DNA of 64,000 nt, from positions 128,001 to 192,000 of the forward strand of contig CAWGJT010000015.1 in assembly GCA_963822965.1 (NCBI GenBank). The letters run 5' to 3'. This DNA is from an uncultured delta proteobacterium (lineage in GTDB: Bacteria > Myxococcota_A > UBA9160 > UBA4427). The notes below the pieces were generated by a model. The model saw nothing but the letters and a program-made list of their open reading frames with translations. It did no database searches and was not told where the DNA came from. Position 1 is the first letter of the stretch. Each line of letters opens with the position of its first letter. Shown piece after piece: positions 18,556-32,131 of this stretch. The position numbers were made by a program, and so were the translations under genes.

Positions 18556-19629
18556 TTGAGCGAACGCATCGTGGACCGCGTCATGAGCGGCGAGTCCCCG
18601 CTGCAGGTTCTGGCGCGCCGGGGCGAGCTTCCCGCCACCCGGCTGCGCTCCCTCGAGCGCTTCCCGTACTACGCGTGCTTCCCCTTCGGCTGGTACCGCG
18701 CCGCGTTCAGCGAGGACCTGCCGGCCGGGGCCGTGCTTCCCCTGCACCTCCTGAACCGCGAGCTGGTCGCGTGGCGCGGCGAGGACGGCGCGGCCCACGT
18801 GGTGGACGCCCACTGCCCGCACCTCGGCGCGCACCTGGGCTACGGCGGACGGGTCGAGGGCTGCCGCATCGTGTGCCCGTTCCATTGGTGGGAGTTCGAC
18901 GCCGACGGGGCCAACACGTGGGTGCCCTACGAGGGCAAGCCGAACCCGGCGGCCCGGCTGCACGGCTACCCGACCCGCGACGTGAACGGGCTCGTGCTCT
19001 TCTGGTACCACCCGCTGGGCCAACCGCCCGCCTTCGAGGTTCCGGCACTCGAGGCCTGCACCGGCCCGGGCTGGACCGAGTACCGGCGCTTCACCTGGCA
19101 GGTGCGCGCCCCCTGGCAGGAGCTGGCGGAGAACGGGCCCGACTTCATCCACCTGCGAACCGTACACGGCGCGGTGGACGTGCCCGAGCTCGAGGCCTAC
19201 GAGCTCGACGGCCCCCGCCAGCGGCTGCGCGCGCGGGTCAACTTCGACACGCCCCGAGGTCCGCAGCCCGGGCGCATCGATACCGACGGCTGGGGCCCCG
19301 GCTTCTCCGTGGCCCGGTTCTCCGGGATCATCGACGCGTGCTTCGTGGCCGCGTCCACACCCGTCGACTTCGAGGTCACCGAGGTGACCCACAGCTACCG
19401 GGTGAAGCACCTGGGAGACGACGCGGCCGCCCTCGAGCGGACCCGCCGGGTGGGCGACGCCCTGATCCGCGAGCTCGTCACCCAGGAAGAAGAGGACATC
19501 GTCATCTTCGACCACAAGATCTACCAGCCGCGGCCGCGACTCTCGCCGGCAGACGGCCCGATCGTCCGGTTCCGGGAGTGGGCCCGCCAGTTCTACGTCC
19601 CGGGCGACCCTCGGGGAACGAACCGATAG
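18556..19629 (+). CDS. Rieske non-heme iron oxygenase (KshA/Neverland-like)
   Basis: FPFGWY, CPHLGA..CPFH Rieske motif, ENGPDFIHLRTVH iron motif, DIVIFDHK, DGPI..FR.W..QFY. Confidence 0.88.
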   Translation: MSERIVDRVMSGESPLQVLARRGELPATRLRSLERFPYYACFPFGWYRAAFSEDLPAGAVLPLHLLNRELVAWRGEDGAAHVVDAHCPHLGAHLGYGGRVEGCRIVCPFHWWEFDADGANTWVPYEGKPNPAARLHGYPTRDVNGLVLFWYHPLGQPPAFEVPALEACTGPGWTEYRRFTWQVRAPWQELAENGPDFIHLRTVHGAVDVPELEAYELDGPRQRLRARVNFDTPRGPQPGRIDTDGWGPGFSVARFSGIIDACFVAASTPVDFEVTEVTHSYRVKHLGDDAAALERTRRVGDALIRELVTQEEEDIVIFDHKIYQPRPRLSPADGPIVRFREWARQFYVPGDPRGTNR

Positions 19630-19939
19630 GCACGGCGCTCGGCTCCTCTCTCCTACTCGCTCCCCTGGCTCAGCGGTCTCTCGCGAGAGGCCGAAGCCCC
19701 GCACCGACGGCCAGCGGTCCACGAACGGTGGTTCATGGACGTCCCGCCGGAAGTTGACGCGAACGTCACAAATGCCACGCTCTTTTGCGCCGATTCCGGA
19801 GCTAGACTCGCAATCGCCCCTCCCGGTACCCGCCTGCTCGAGCCCGGTCGAAGCCCCGTTCGAAGGAGTCGAACATCGCCAGGATCCCCCAGAGGACGCG
19901 CCGCCGGCGCGTCGAGCCGCCGGCGGCAACCCATTGGTC

Positions 19940-20644
19940 ATGACTCGCGTCTTTGCCGCGCTCATCCGCCACGGGCAGTTCGAACGCCCGGAAGACGTGC
20001 CGAGCGCCCACCTGCCCCACCCGCTCACGCCGGACGGGGAGCGGGCCGCGGCGGCCGCGGCGGAGCTGGTGCTCCAGGACGCCCGGGACCTCGGGGCGTG
20101 GATCGACCCCACCATCGAGTGCTCGCCCCTGCTGCGGGCCTGGCAGTCGGCGCGCATCCTGGCGGAGAGCCTGGGCGCGCGGACGGGTCGGGACTTCCAG
20201 CTGTCCCAGCAGCCCGACCTGCAGGAACGCAGCCTGGGCAGCGCCGCGAACCTCACGCTCCGGCAGATCGAGTCGGCCGTCGCGAGGGATCCGCGCAACG
20301 CGCCGCTGCCGCCGGGCTGGCGGCGGAACCCGGGCTTCCGGCTACCGCTGCCCGGCGCCGAGTCCCTGATGGAAGCGGGAGCGCGCGCGGCCGAGCTCAT
20401 CTCGAGCCGGCTGGCCGACCTCGCTGCCACCGCCACGCGGGACACGCTCAAGCTGGTGGTCGGCCACGCCGGTGCCCTCCGGCACGCAGCCGTCCACCTC
20501 GGGGTGCTGCCCCTCGAGCAGGCTCCCCGCCTGTCGATGGAGTACGCCGAGCCCGTGGTGATCGAGCGGCTCGGCGACGGACGCTGGTGTCACGTGGCGG
20601 GCCAATGGAAGAAGCGCCTGCAGGGGGCGGGAGGAACCGCCTGA
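19940..20644 (+). CDS. Histidine phosphatase (phosphoglycerate mutase-like)
   Basis: LIRHG, SPLLRA.QSA, ERSLG, GAES, VVGHAG. Confidence 0.88.
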   Translation: MTRVFAALIRHGQFERPEDVPSAHLPHPLTPDGERAAAAAAELVLQDARDLGAWIDPTIECSPLLRAWQSARILAESLGARTGRDFQLSQQPDLQERSLGSAANLTLRQIESAVARDPRNAPLPPGWRRNPGFRLPLPGAESLMEAGARAAELISSRLADLAATATRDTLKLVVGHAGALRHAAVHLGVLPLEQAPRLSMEYAEPVVIERLGDGRWCHVAGQWKKRLQGAGGTA

Positions 20645-20795
20645 TGCCGAGGGCAGCGGCGCTCGAGCGGCGGAGTCGGGAGGCACCGTCTACCTGAAGG
20701 CGCTCTCCGGCCTGCCGGTGGGGGTGACCCGGGGTGGCGTCGACTTCGAGCGAGGCGTCGAGCAGGCGCGCGAGCTGCTGGGCTGACGGATCGGC

Positions 20796-22985
<2,190 letters not shown>

Positions 22986-22991
22986 GCCCCG

Positions 22992-23000
22992 AGCATATCA
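22992..23000 (-). promoter_or_regulatory. Extended -10 promoter, probably leaderless transcript
   Basis: TGaTATGCT followed by 6 nt and then the otsAB ATG; no SD. Confidence 0.5.
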
Positions 23001-23065
23001 GGCCCACCCGCCTGCGCCTCAGCCCGGGTTCGCCGGAGTCGCCTCGTTTCGCTAACGAGAGGGCC

Positions 23066-24850
23066 ATGACACGAGCGAGCCTCGACCTGGCGATGGTCGG
23101 AAACTGCACCTGGGGCGGTCTCATCGACCGTCGGGGGCGGCTGGTGTGGGCCTGCCTGCCGCGATTCGACTCCGACCCGATCTTTCCGGCGCTGCTCGAC
23201 GAGGGCGACGGGGAGGACGGCACCTTCGCCGTGGACCTCGCGGACTTCGATCGCTCGGAGCAGCGCTACGACGGCAACACCGCGATCCTCGTCACCACGC
23301 TCTACGACCGGCGCGGCGGTGCCATCGAGGTCCGCGACTTCGCGCCACGCTTCTACCAGCTCGGTCGCACCTACCGGCCCACCATGTTCGTGCGACGCGT
23401 GAAGCCCCTGGCGGGCGATCCACGCGTCCGCATCGTGGTGCGCCCGCGCCACGGCTACGGCGAAGGCCGCCCTGCCGTCACCCGCGGCAGCAACCACCTC
23501 CGCTTCGTCGATCCCGGTCTCACCCTGCGACTCACCACGGACGCACCGGTCTCCTACGTCGCCCAGGGAACGGCCTTCGTGCTCCGCCGCCCGGTCAACC
23601 TGGTGCTCGGCCCCGACGAGACCTTCCCGTCGTCCCTGGAGACGACCCTGAGCGACTTCGAGAGCCGCACCCGGGACTACTGGATCGAGTGGACCCGGGC
23701 CCTGTCCATCCCGTTCGAGTGGCAGGAGGAGGTGATCCGGGCGGCGATGGCGCTCAAGCTCTGCTCCTTCGAGGAGACCGGGGCGATCGTGGCCGCCCTC
23801 ACCACCTCGATCCCCGAGGCTCCCGACTCGGGCCGCAACTGGGACTATCGCTACTGCTGGCTGCGCGACGCGTACTTCGTGGTGCACGCGCTCAATCGTC
23901 TGGGGGCCACCCGCACCATGGAGGGCTACCTCTCCTACATCGAGAACCTCGTCGCCGGCGCCGACGGCGGGCTGCATCCGGTCTACGGCATCGGGCTCGA
24001 GTCGGAGCTCCACGAGAGCCTCGCGGGATCGCTCGCGGGCTATCGGGGCCACGGACCGGTCCGGGTGGGCAACCAGGCCTGGGAGCACCTGCAGAACGAC
24101 GTCTACGGCAGCGTCGTGCTGGCGGCGACCCAGTCGTTCTTCGACCGGCGGCTGCTGCACCCGGGCGGGCCGCGCCTGTTCGAGCTGCTCGAGGGCATGG
24201 GCAAGCACGCCCTCGCGTCCTGGAACGTGCCCGACGCGGGTCCCTGGGAGTTCCGCAATCGCGCGAGCGTGCACACCTTCTCGTCGGTCATGTGCTGGGC
24301 GGCCTGCGACCGCCTGGCGCGCATCGGCAGCCGCCTCGGCATGCGCGAGCACGCCCGTGACTGGCGCGCCGAGGCCGACCGCATCCGCGCGAGCATCCTG
24401 GAGAGCGCCTGGAACGCGAAGCGCGGAACCTTCACCCACGAGCTCGGCGGCGACGACGTGGATGCGACGCTCCTCCTCCTGCACGAGCTGGGCTTCGTCG
24501 CCGCCGACGATCCGCGCTTCGTCTCGACCGTCGCGATCCTGGAGCGGGAGCTGCGGCACGGCTCGTATCTGTTCCGCTATCGGAAGCCCGACGACTTCGG
24601 CACGCCGAGCACCGCCTTCAACATCTGCACGTTCTGGTACGTGGACGCGCTGGCCGCCATGGGCCGCCGCGACGAGGCGCGCGAGCTCTTCGAGAACATG
24701 CTCGCCCAGCGCAACGCGGCCGGCTTCCTCTCCGAGGACCTCGACCCCCGGAACGGCGAGCCCTGGGGCAACTTCCCGCAGACCTACTCGATGGTGGGCC
24801 TGATCAACTCGGCGATGCGACTCTCCCGGAGCTGGGAAGAGGCCTTCTGA
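23066..24850 (+). CDS. Glycoside hydrolase family 15 (trehalase/glucoamylase-like)
   Basis: LPRFDSDP, TTSIPE..GRNWDYRYCWLRD, GPWEFR, LSEDLD, GNFPQTYS. Confidence 0.95.
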   Translation: MTRASLDLAMVGNCTWGGLIDRRGRLVWACLPRFDSDPIFPALLDEGDGEDGTFAVDLADFDRSEQRYDGNTAILVTTLYDRRGGAIEVRDFAPRFYQLGRTYRPTMFVRRVKPLAGDPRVRIVVRPRHGYGEGRPAVTRGSNHLRFVDPGLTLRLTTDAPVSYVAQGTAFVLRRPVNLVLGPDETFPSSLETTLSDFESRTRDYWIEWTRALSIPFEWQEEVIRAAMALKLCSFEETGAIVAALTTSIPEAPDSGRNWDYRYCWLRDAYFVVHALNRLGATRTMEGYLSYIENLVAGADGGLHPVYGIGLESELHESLAGSLAGYRGHGPVRVGNQAWEHLQNDVYGSVVLAATQSFFDRRLLHPGGPRLFELLEGMGKHALASWNVPDAGPWEFRNRASVHTFSSVMCWAACDRLARIGSRLGMREHARDWRAEADRIRASILESAWNAKRGTFTHELGGDDVDATLLLLHELGFVAADDPRFVSTVAILERELRHGSYLFRYRKPDDFGTPSTAFNICTFWYVDALAAMGRRDEARELFENMLAQRNAAGFLSEDLDPRNGEPWGNFPQTYSMVGLINSAMRLSRSWEEAF

Positions 24851-25063
24851 GCGGTCAGCGCCCCGCTGGGGCGCTGACTTGCAGCCCGAGGGCGACGCTG
24901 AGCGTCGTCCTCTTGGGAGGCTCGGCCGCGCTCGGCCTCCGGGCCGGGACACCTCGGGGTCGCAGCCGAAAGTCGCGGCAGCCCCGCCTCCGCCAGGGCA
25001 CCCCGGCGCCGCCCCTCACCATCCAGATGGGCCGCTTTCGGCCCGCTCGGGTGGGGGCCGGCC

Positions 25064-25079
25064 GGGCACGCCGCTTGCT
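25064..25079 (+). promoter_or_regulatory. Putative sigma-54 (-24/-12) promoter
   Basis: GGGCACGCCGCTTGCT gives GG-N10-GC, matching TGGCACGnnnnTTGCW except the first base. Confidence 0.7.
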
Positions 25080-25092
25080 TGCACGCTTTGCC

Positions 25093-26603
<1,511 letters not shown>

Positions 26604-26604
<1 letters not shown>

Positions 26605-27644
26605 TGCTGAGCCGAATCGCCAGGGGAATGTGCAACATGGGCCGCCAGATCGAGCGCGCCCAGAACGTGATCCGCATCCTCGAGGTGAACCACAAGATCC
26701 ACCTCGAGCGCGAGTCCCTCGACGCGGGCAACACCTGGCTCGCCATCGGCGAGGCCTTCGGCCTCGAGCTCGACACGGTGGACGAGCCCTCCCTCTATGG
26801 CGCGCTGGTGCTCTCCGACGACAACCCGTACTCCGTGCGCTGCTGCATCGCCCAGGCGCGCGAGCACGCGCGCACCGCGCGAGACCACGTGAGCGAGGAG
26901 ATGTGGGAGCACCTGAACGGCTACTACCTGCAGCTCCACACCCTCGACTTCGACCGGGTCCGCCGCATGGGGCGTTCGGACTTCAACCGGCAGGTCGAGA
27001 CGTTCTGCGACGCCTTCCACGGTCTCGCGGACAACACCATGATCCACGGCGCGGGCTGGCACTTCCTGCGCATCGGCAAGTTTCTGGAACGGGCGTGCAT
27101 GATCTGTCGCATCCTCGAGATCAAGCGCAAGAGCCTCGCCTTCGCGCCCGAGGAGGAGGGGCGGCCGCTGGACGTCCTGCAGTGGCAGGCGCTGCTGCGC
27201 TCGGTCTCGGGCTTCGAGCCGTACCGCCGCGTCTACGACGCGCGCATCGAGCCCACCCGGGTGCTCGACTTCGTGCTGCTGAACGATTGCTTCCCGCGTT
27301 CGCTGCGGCATGCCCTGGGACGGCTCTCGGACTCGATCTGCCGCGTCGCGTCCGGCAACCCCGTCCAGACCGAGCTGGTGGGCGACGTGACCCTGCTGCT
27401 CGACGAGCTGTGCGAGCTCGACGCGGAGCAGATCCTGCTCGGCGGCGGGCTCGAGGTGTCGGTCCAGCGCCTGGCCCGGCGCTGCGCGGCGCTCGGGGAG
27501 CAGATCGAGGCGGCCTTCTTCGAGTTCACCTTCTCGTCGCCGCCGCTCGCGGACCGCACGCCGGACCTCGAACCGGTCTCCGCGGAGATCCCGGTGACCG
27601 GGCCGCCCGTGTCGCGGACGACGGTCCAGGTGGTGGCCCAGTGA
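26604..27644 (+). CDS. Alpha-E domain protein (copy 1)
   Basis: MLSRIA..MGRQIERA, G.FLERA, W.ALLRS.SG, FPRSL; translationally coupled to the ATP-grasp gene. Confidence 0.92.
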
Positions 27645-27724
27645 GGTCGCGGGCGCCTTCACCGCCACCCCGACCGGGACCGGCCCGCTTGGTGGACGGG
27701 GTCGCGCCCGGGTAGCATCCCGGC

Positions 27725-28813
27725 ATGCGGACGTCCGGCGCCCGGCCCGGCCGGGGCACTCCCCCGGAGCTCACGAAGGGTCACTACTCCGTGGCCCGGG
27801 TGCTCGACGCCTGGTATGCGGCCTGCCGCAGCGACGACCTCCAGGACGAGCCCATCTCGCGCACGATCCTCGACCTTCCCATCGCGCTCTTCCGCGCTGC
27901 CGGCGGTCGCGCCGCCGCGGTCCTCGACCGCTGCGCGCACCGCAACGCGCCGCTCTCCGCGGGTGTGGTGGACGCCGACGGCTGCATCGCCTGCCCCTAC
28001 CACGGCTGGCGCTTCGACGGCAGCGGACGCTGCCGCGAGGTGCCCGGACTGCTGGAGCCCGGCGACATGGACGGCCGCGCCGTGCCCGCCTTCGCGGTGC
28101 GCGAGCAGGACGGCTTCGTGTGGATCTGGGCGAGGCCCGGCGCCGAGCCCGACGGCGAGCCCATGCGCATCCCGTGCCTCTCTTCCGACTACCTGGTGGT
28201 GGTGCGCGAGTACGACGTGGAGTGCACGATGCACGCCGCCCTGGAGAACGCCCTGGACGTGCCGCACACGGCCTTCGTGCACCGGGGCGACTTCCGGGGC
28301 AAGGGCAGCCGGGAGATCGAGGCGGTGCGTCGCCGCATCCCGAACGGCATCGAGGTGGAGTACCTGGGCGAGCCGCCGCTCTCCGGCCCCACCGAGGACG
28401 ACGACGGCCGACCGATCGTGTCCCAGCACTGGGATCGCTTCTTCCTGCCCGGCATCGCCCAGGTGGAGTACCGCACGCCGCCGGACCGTCACCTGATGAG
28501 CACCCTGCCCCACACGCCGGTCTCGGACTTCCGCACGCGCTTCTGGCTGGTCTCGTGCTGGAAGGTGGCGCCCGAGGACCAGGCCGCGGTGCGCCCCGCC
28601 ATCGAGAAGCAGCTCGACACGATCCTGGGACAAGACGTGGAGATCCTGCGGAAGCAGACGCAGCGGATCCGCGACCTGGGCGGCGAGTCTTTCCGTTCGA
28701 CGCCGCTCGACCTGATGGGACCCGAGATCCTCCGCATGCTGCGCCAGAGCGAGCGGGGGCTGCCCGCGGACGATGCGGCGATCGACCGCCGGGTGAAGCT
28801 CCGGGTCTACTGA
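27725..28813 (+). CDS. Rieske oxygenase alpha subunit (VanA/O-demethylase-like)
   Basis: DRCAHR..CPYHGW, ENALDVPHTAFVH. Confidence 0.9.
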   Translation: MRTSGARPGRGTPPELTKGHYSVARVLDAWYAACRSDDLQDEPISRTILDLPIALFRAAGGRAAAVLDRCAHRNAPLSAGVVDADGCIACPYHGWRFDGSGRCREVPGLLEPGDMDGRAVPAFAVREQDGFVWIWARPGAEPDGEPMRIPCLSSDYLVVVREYDVECTMHAALENALDVPHTAFVHRGDFRGKGSREIEAVRRRIPNGIEVEYLGEPPLSGPTEDDDGRPIVSQHWDRFFLPGIAQVEYRTPPDRHLMSTLPHTPVSDFRTRFWLVSCWKVAPEDQAAVRPAIEKQLDTILGQDVEILRKQTQRIRDLGGESFRSTPLDLMGPEILRMLRQSERGLPADDAAIDRRVKLRVY

Positions 28814-28825
28814 GCGCCGCCGCCG

Positions 28826-29305
28826 CTACAGATGCGAGCCCAGCTCGGCGCCGATCGCCTCGGGGGTCGTCGGCGGCGCATAGCGAGCGAGCACCTGACC
28901 GTCGCGGCCCACCAGGAACTTCGTGAAGTTCCAGGCGATGTCCTCGTTCCCGTCGTCGCCGGGACGACCGGCCTTGAGGAAGCGGTAGAGGTCGCAGGCA
29001 CCCGGCCCGTTGACCTCGATCTTGGCGAACATCGGGAACTCGACGCCGTACTTCGAGCGGGCGAAGTCCAGGATCTCTTCGTTGGAGCCGGGCTCCTGGG
29101 CGCCGAACTGGTTGCAGGGGAAGGCCAGGACATTGAAGCCCCGGCCCTGGTTCTCTTCATGAAGGGTACGCAGACCTGCGTACTGGCCGGTGAGGCCTCA
29201 CTTGCTGGCGACGTTCACCACCAGGCAGACGGTTCCCTCGTAGTTCGACAGGCTGACCGGATCCCCGGTGATGGAGGTCATCTCGAAATCGTGAAAGCTG
29301 GCCAT
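28826..29305 (-). CDS. gpx: Glutathione peroxidase, selenocysteine-containing (in-frame UGA at 29198-29200)
   Basis: One continuous frame MASFHDF...VVNVASK-UGA-GLTGQY...AFPCNQFGAQEPG...FAKIEVNG...IAWNFTKFLV; UGA sits at the catalytic position; GGAGG SD. Confidence 0.93.
29166..29183 (-). promoter_or_regulatory. Bacterial SECIS element
   Basis: Hairpin GUACGCAG-GU-CUGCGUAC starting 14 nt after the UGA; apical GCAGGUCUGC. Confidence 0.8.
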
Positions 29306-29420
29306 GGGTTCCTCCCGAATGGCATTCAGCCGGGACGCTACCGCGCCAGGACGCCGCGGCAAGGCTCGCGCAGCCCGGGGTGATGCACGAGAATCCATCC
29401 CCTCGTGCACCGGAGGCCCC

Positions 29421-29975
29421 ATGAAGATCGATCCCAACCGCACCTGGAAGAAGGTGGAGGAACGGCTCGCCGTGGAGCGCGACCCGACCCTCCGAAGGAA
29501 CCTGCAGACCATTCTCGACCACATGAAGGCCGAGACGCGCCTCGACATCCACGGCCTGCTCGACACCCTGTCCGACGACGTCCACTACCACGCCTACACG
29601 GGGAACGTGCTCGACCCGGCGCTCTGCCCGCAGGGCAAGGTCGAGGTGCTGAGGTTCTACGAGGACTTCGCGGCGTCGGGCGCCCACAAGCTCGAGCTGG
29701 ACGTAGACCGCCTGGTGGTGGATCACGACTGCATCCTCACCGAGGGCGTGATGCGCATGGCCTACCCCGGCCGGACGTTGCAGTGGATGGGGCGCCAGGT
29801 CGACGATCCCGACGCCTACTATCTCTACGAGACCCGCATGGCCACGCTGTGGCCCCTGGACGCCGACGGCAAGATCCTGGGCGAGGACACCTACACGGGA
29901 GGCGACGGCTTCGAGGGCATCGAAGGCCGCAAGCTCTCGCCGTCCGACATCGGCGAGGCCCGCCCCGCGGCGTAG
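29421..29975 (+). CDS. NTF2/SnoaL-like protein
   Basis: GGAGG SD; HMKAE...V.RFY...GEDTY pattern and size. Confidence 0.7.
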   Translation: MKIDPNRTWKKVEERLAVERDPTLRRNLQTILDHMKAETRLDIHGLLDTLSDDVHYHAYTGNVLDPALCPQGKVEVLRFYEDFAASGAHKLELDVDRLVVDHDCILTEGVMRMAYPGRTLQWMGRQVDDPDAYYLYETRMATLWPLDADGKILGEDTYTGGDGFEGIEGRKLSPSDIGEARPAA

Positions 29976-30007
29976 CCTGGTGCTCGCACCGACGCAAAGG
30001 AGATGCC

Positions 30008-30961
30008 ATGACCGCCTCCGCCTCCAGGACTGCCGTGCCCTCTCGCGAGCGCATGGAGGAGATCTTCGAGGCGACGAAGAACTGGGGCCGCTGGGGAGCG
30101 GACGACGAGCGTGGCGCGCTCAACCTCATCACTCCCGCGCGGCGGCTCGCCGCGGCCGCGTGCGTGCGCTCGGGGCTCCTCGTCTCCTGCGCGCGGGAGC
30201 TTCCGGTCCATCCGGCCCCCGACAACCCGAGCCCCGCCCTCCACATGATGATCCAGGGCGGCGACGACTGCCTGGTCCCCGGCTTCGACTTCGAGTCGAC
30301 CTCCGACTTCGTGGGCGTGGCCTTCCACGGCATGGCCACCTCGCACCTCGACGCCCTGTGTCACGTGCTGGTGAAGGGCAGGATGTACAACGGCTTCGAA
30401 GCCGCCTTCGTGAAGAGCACGGGCGCGCGGCGCGGCAGCGTGATGGCCTGCGCGGACGGCATCGTGAGCCGGGGCGTCCTGCTCGACATCCCGAGGCTAC
30501 GGGGCGAAGCCTGGCTCGAGCCCGGCACCGTCGTCACCCGCGAGGACCTCGAAGCCGCCGAGCGCCAGCAGAGCGTCCAGACCGAAGAAGGCGACGTGCT
30601 CCTGGTCGCCACGGGGCGCGACGCCCGGCGCGAGGCCCACGGCGCCTGGCACCCGCTGAAGGTCGGTCTCGCCGGGCTCCACCCCGAGTGTCTGCCCTGG
30701 CTGCACGAACGGGGCGTCGCCGTGCTCGGCAGCGACGGCATCTCCGACATCCTGCCCCCGCTCGGCATCCCCGGATGGCCGATGCCGATCCACCAGGTGG
30801 CCATCGCCGGCATGGGGGTGCACCTGCTCGACAACCTGCGACTCGACCGCCTGTCCCGGGCCTGCGCCGACCAGGAGCAGTGGGCGTTCCAGCTCACCGC
30901 GGCGCCGCTGCGCGTGGAGGGCGGAACGGGCTCGCCCCTGAATCCCATCGCGATGCTGTGA
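30008..30961 (+). CDS. Cyclase family (kynurenine formamidase-like) metal hydrolase
   Basis: NWGRWGADDERGALN, FHGMATSHLDAL, RGVLLD, GGTGSPLNP. Confidence 0.9.
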   Translation: MTASASRTAVPSRERMEEIFEATKNWGRWGADDERGALNLITPARRLAAAACVRSGLLVSCARELPVHPAPDNPSPALHMMIQGGDDCLVPGFDFESTSDFVGVAFHGMATSHLDALCHVLVKGRMYNGFEAAFVKSTGARRGSVMACADGIVSRGVLLDIPRLRGEAWLEPGTVVTREDLEAAERQQSVQTEEGDVLLVATGRDARREAHGAWHPLKVGLAGLHPECLPWLHERGVAVLGSDGISDILPPLGIPGWPMPIHQVAIAGMGVHLLDNLRLDRLSRACADQEQWAFQLTAAPLRVEGGTGSPLNPIAML

Positions 30962-30989
30962 GCTCCGACGTCCGCCCCAGGAGGATCGA

Positions 30990-32093
30990 TTGAAGTTCGC
31001 ACTCTTCTACGAGATTCCGGTTGCCCGTCCCTGGAGCCGCACGAGCGAGCTCGAGGCGTATCAGAACGCGATCGAGCAGGCCGTGTTCGGCGAGGAGATG
31101 GGCTTCCACGCCTTCTGGACCGTCGAGCACCACTTCCTCGAGGAGTTCTCCCACTGCTCGAATCCGGAGGTCCTCTACGGCGCGATCGCGGCCCGCACCC
31201 AGAAGATGCGGATCGGCTATGGCGTCCGGCTCGCGCCCAAGCCCTACAACCACCCGGTCCGCTCGGCGGAATCGGCCGCGGTGCTCGACCTCGTGTCGAA
31301 CGGACGCGTCGACTTCGGCACGGGGCGGTCGTCCACGCGCCTCGAGCTGGAGGGGTTCGGAATCCACCCCGACGAGACGCGCGAGATGTGGCGCGAGTGC
31401 ATCGAGCACGTCGTCGACTGCTGGACGAACGAGTACACCGAGTTCGCCGGCAAGCACTGGTCGCTGCCTCGGCGGCGCGTGCAGCCGAAGCCGATCCAGG
31501 ACCCGCATCCCCCGATCTTCGGCGCCACGGCGAGCGACGACGGCCACCGGATGATGGGGGAGCTGGGCCTGGGACTCTGCTCGTTCGCGGTGGCCGCTCC
31601 GCCCGAGGACGCGGCTCGCCGGATCGCGATCTACAAGGAGGCGATCGCCGGCTGCACGAAGCCGCTCGGCGCCTTCGTGAACGACCAGGCCGCCGCCTTC
31701 ACGATGGTGAACTGCGCGCCCGACGCGGCCCGCAGCCGGCAGATCGCCGAGGAGTCCTTCCTCTGGTACGTCCAGCACTCGGTCTCGCTGATCGCCACCG
31801 TGGCATCCTGGATGGAAGAGATGAAGCAGGAGCTGGGGACCTACGACTACCTCGCACCGGTCAACCAGATGGTCGAGGCCAACGCGCTCAGCGCGCTCGA
31901 CTGGGGCTACCTGTCCGACTCGCGCGCCGTCCTCGCCGGCAGTCCCGACGACGTGGTCGCAACGGCGAAGGCCTACGAGGCGGCGGGGGTCGACCTGCTG
32001 CTCTGCCTCGTCAACCCCTACAAGATCGCGCACGCCGACGTCATGCAGACCATCGAGCTGATGGGACGGCACGTCCTGCCCGAGTTCGCGTAG
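30990..32093 (+). CDS. LLM class flavin-dependent oxidoreductase
   Basis: TTG start with AGGAGG; VEHHFLEEFSHCSNPE, HPVRSAE..LD..SNGRVDFGTGR. Confidence 0.92.
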   Translation: MKFALFYEIPVARPWSRTSELEAYQNAIEQAVFGEEMGFHAFWTVEHHFLEEFSHCSNPEVLYGAIAARTQKMRIGYGVRLAPKPYNHPVRSAESAAVLDLVSNGRVDFGTGRSSTRLELEGFGIHPDETREMWRECIEHVVDCWTNEYTEFAGKHWSLPRRRVQPKPIQDPHPPIFGATASDDGHRMMGELGLGLCSFAVAAPPEDAARRIAIYKEAIAGCTKPLGAFVNDQAAAFTMVNCAPDAARSRQIAEESFLWYVQHSVSLIATVASWMEEMKQELGTYDYLAPVNQMVEANALSALDWGYLSDSRAVLAGSPDDVVATAKAYEAAGVDLLLCLVNPYKIAHADVMQTIELMGRHVLPEFA

Positions 32094-32131
32094 CGGACCA
32101 GTCCGCGGGATTCGCTGCGGGACGGAGACCC

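Noticed and set aside
19753..19790. CRP/FNR site or sigma-54 promoter upstream of the histidine phosphatase
   Set aside because: TGAC-N6-GTCA does not fit CRP or FNR consensus, and TGCCACGCTCTTTTGC lacks GG and has the wrong spacing.
28826..29305. Glutathione peroxidase as a nonsense pseudogene
   Set aside because: The stop is UGA exactly at the catalytic residue, followed by a SECIS-like hairpin, and the rest of the gene is intact.
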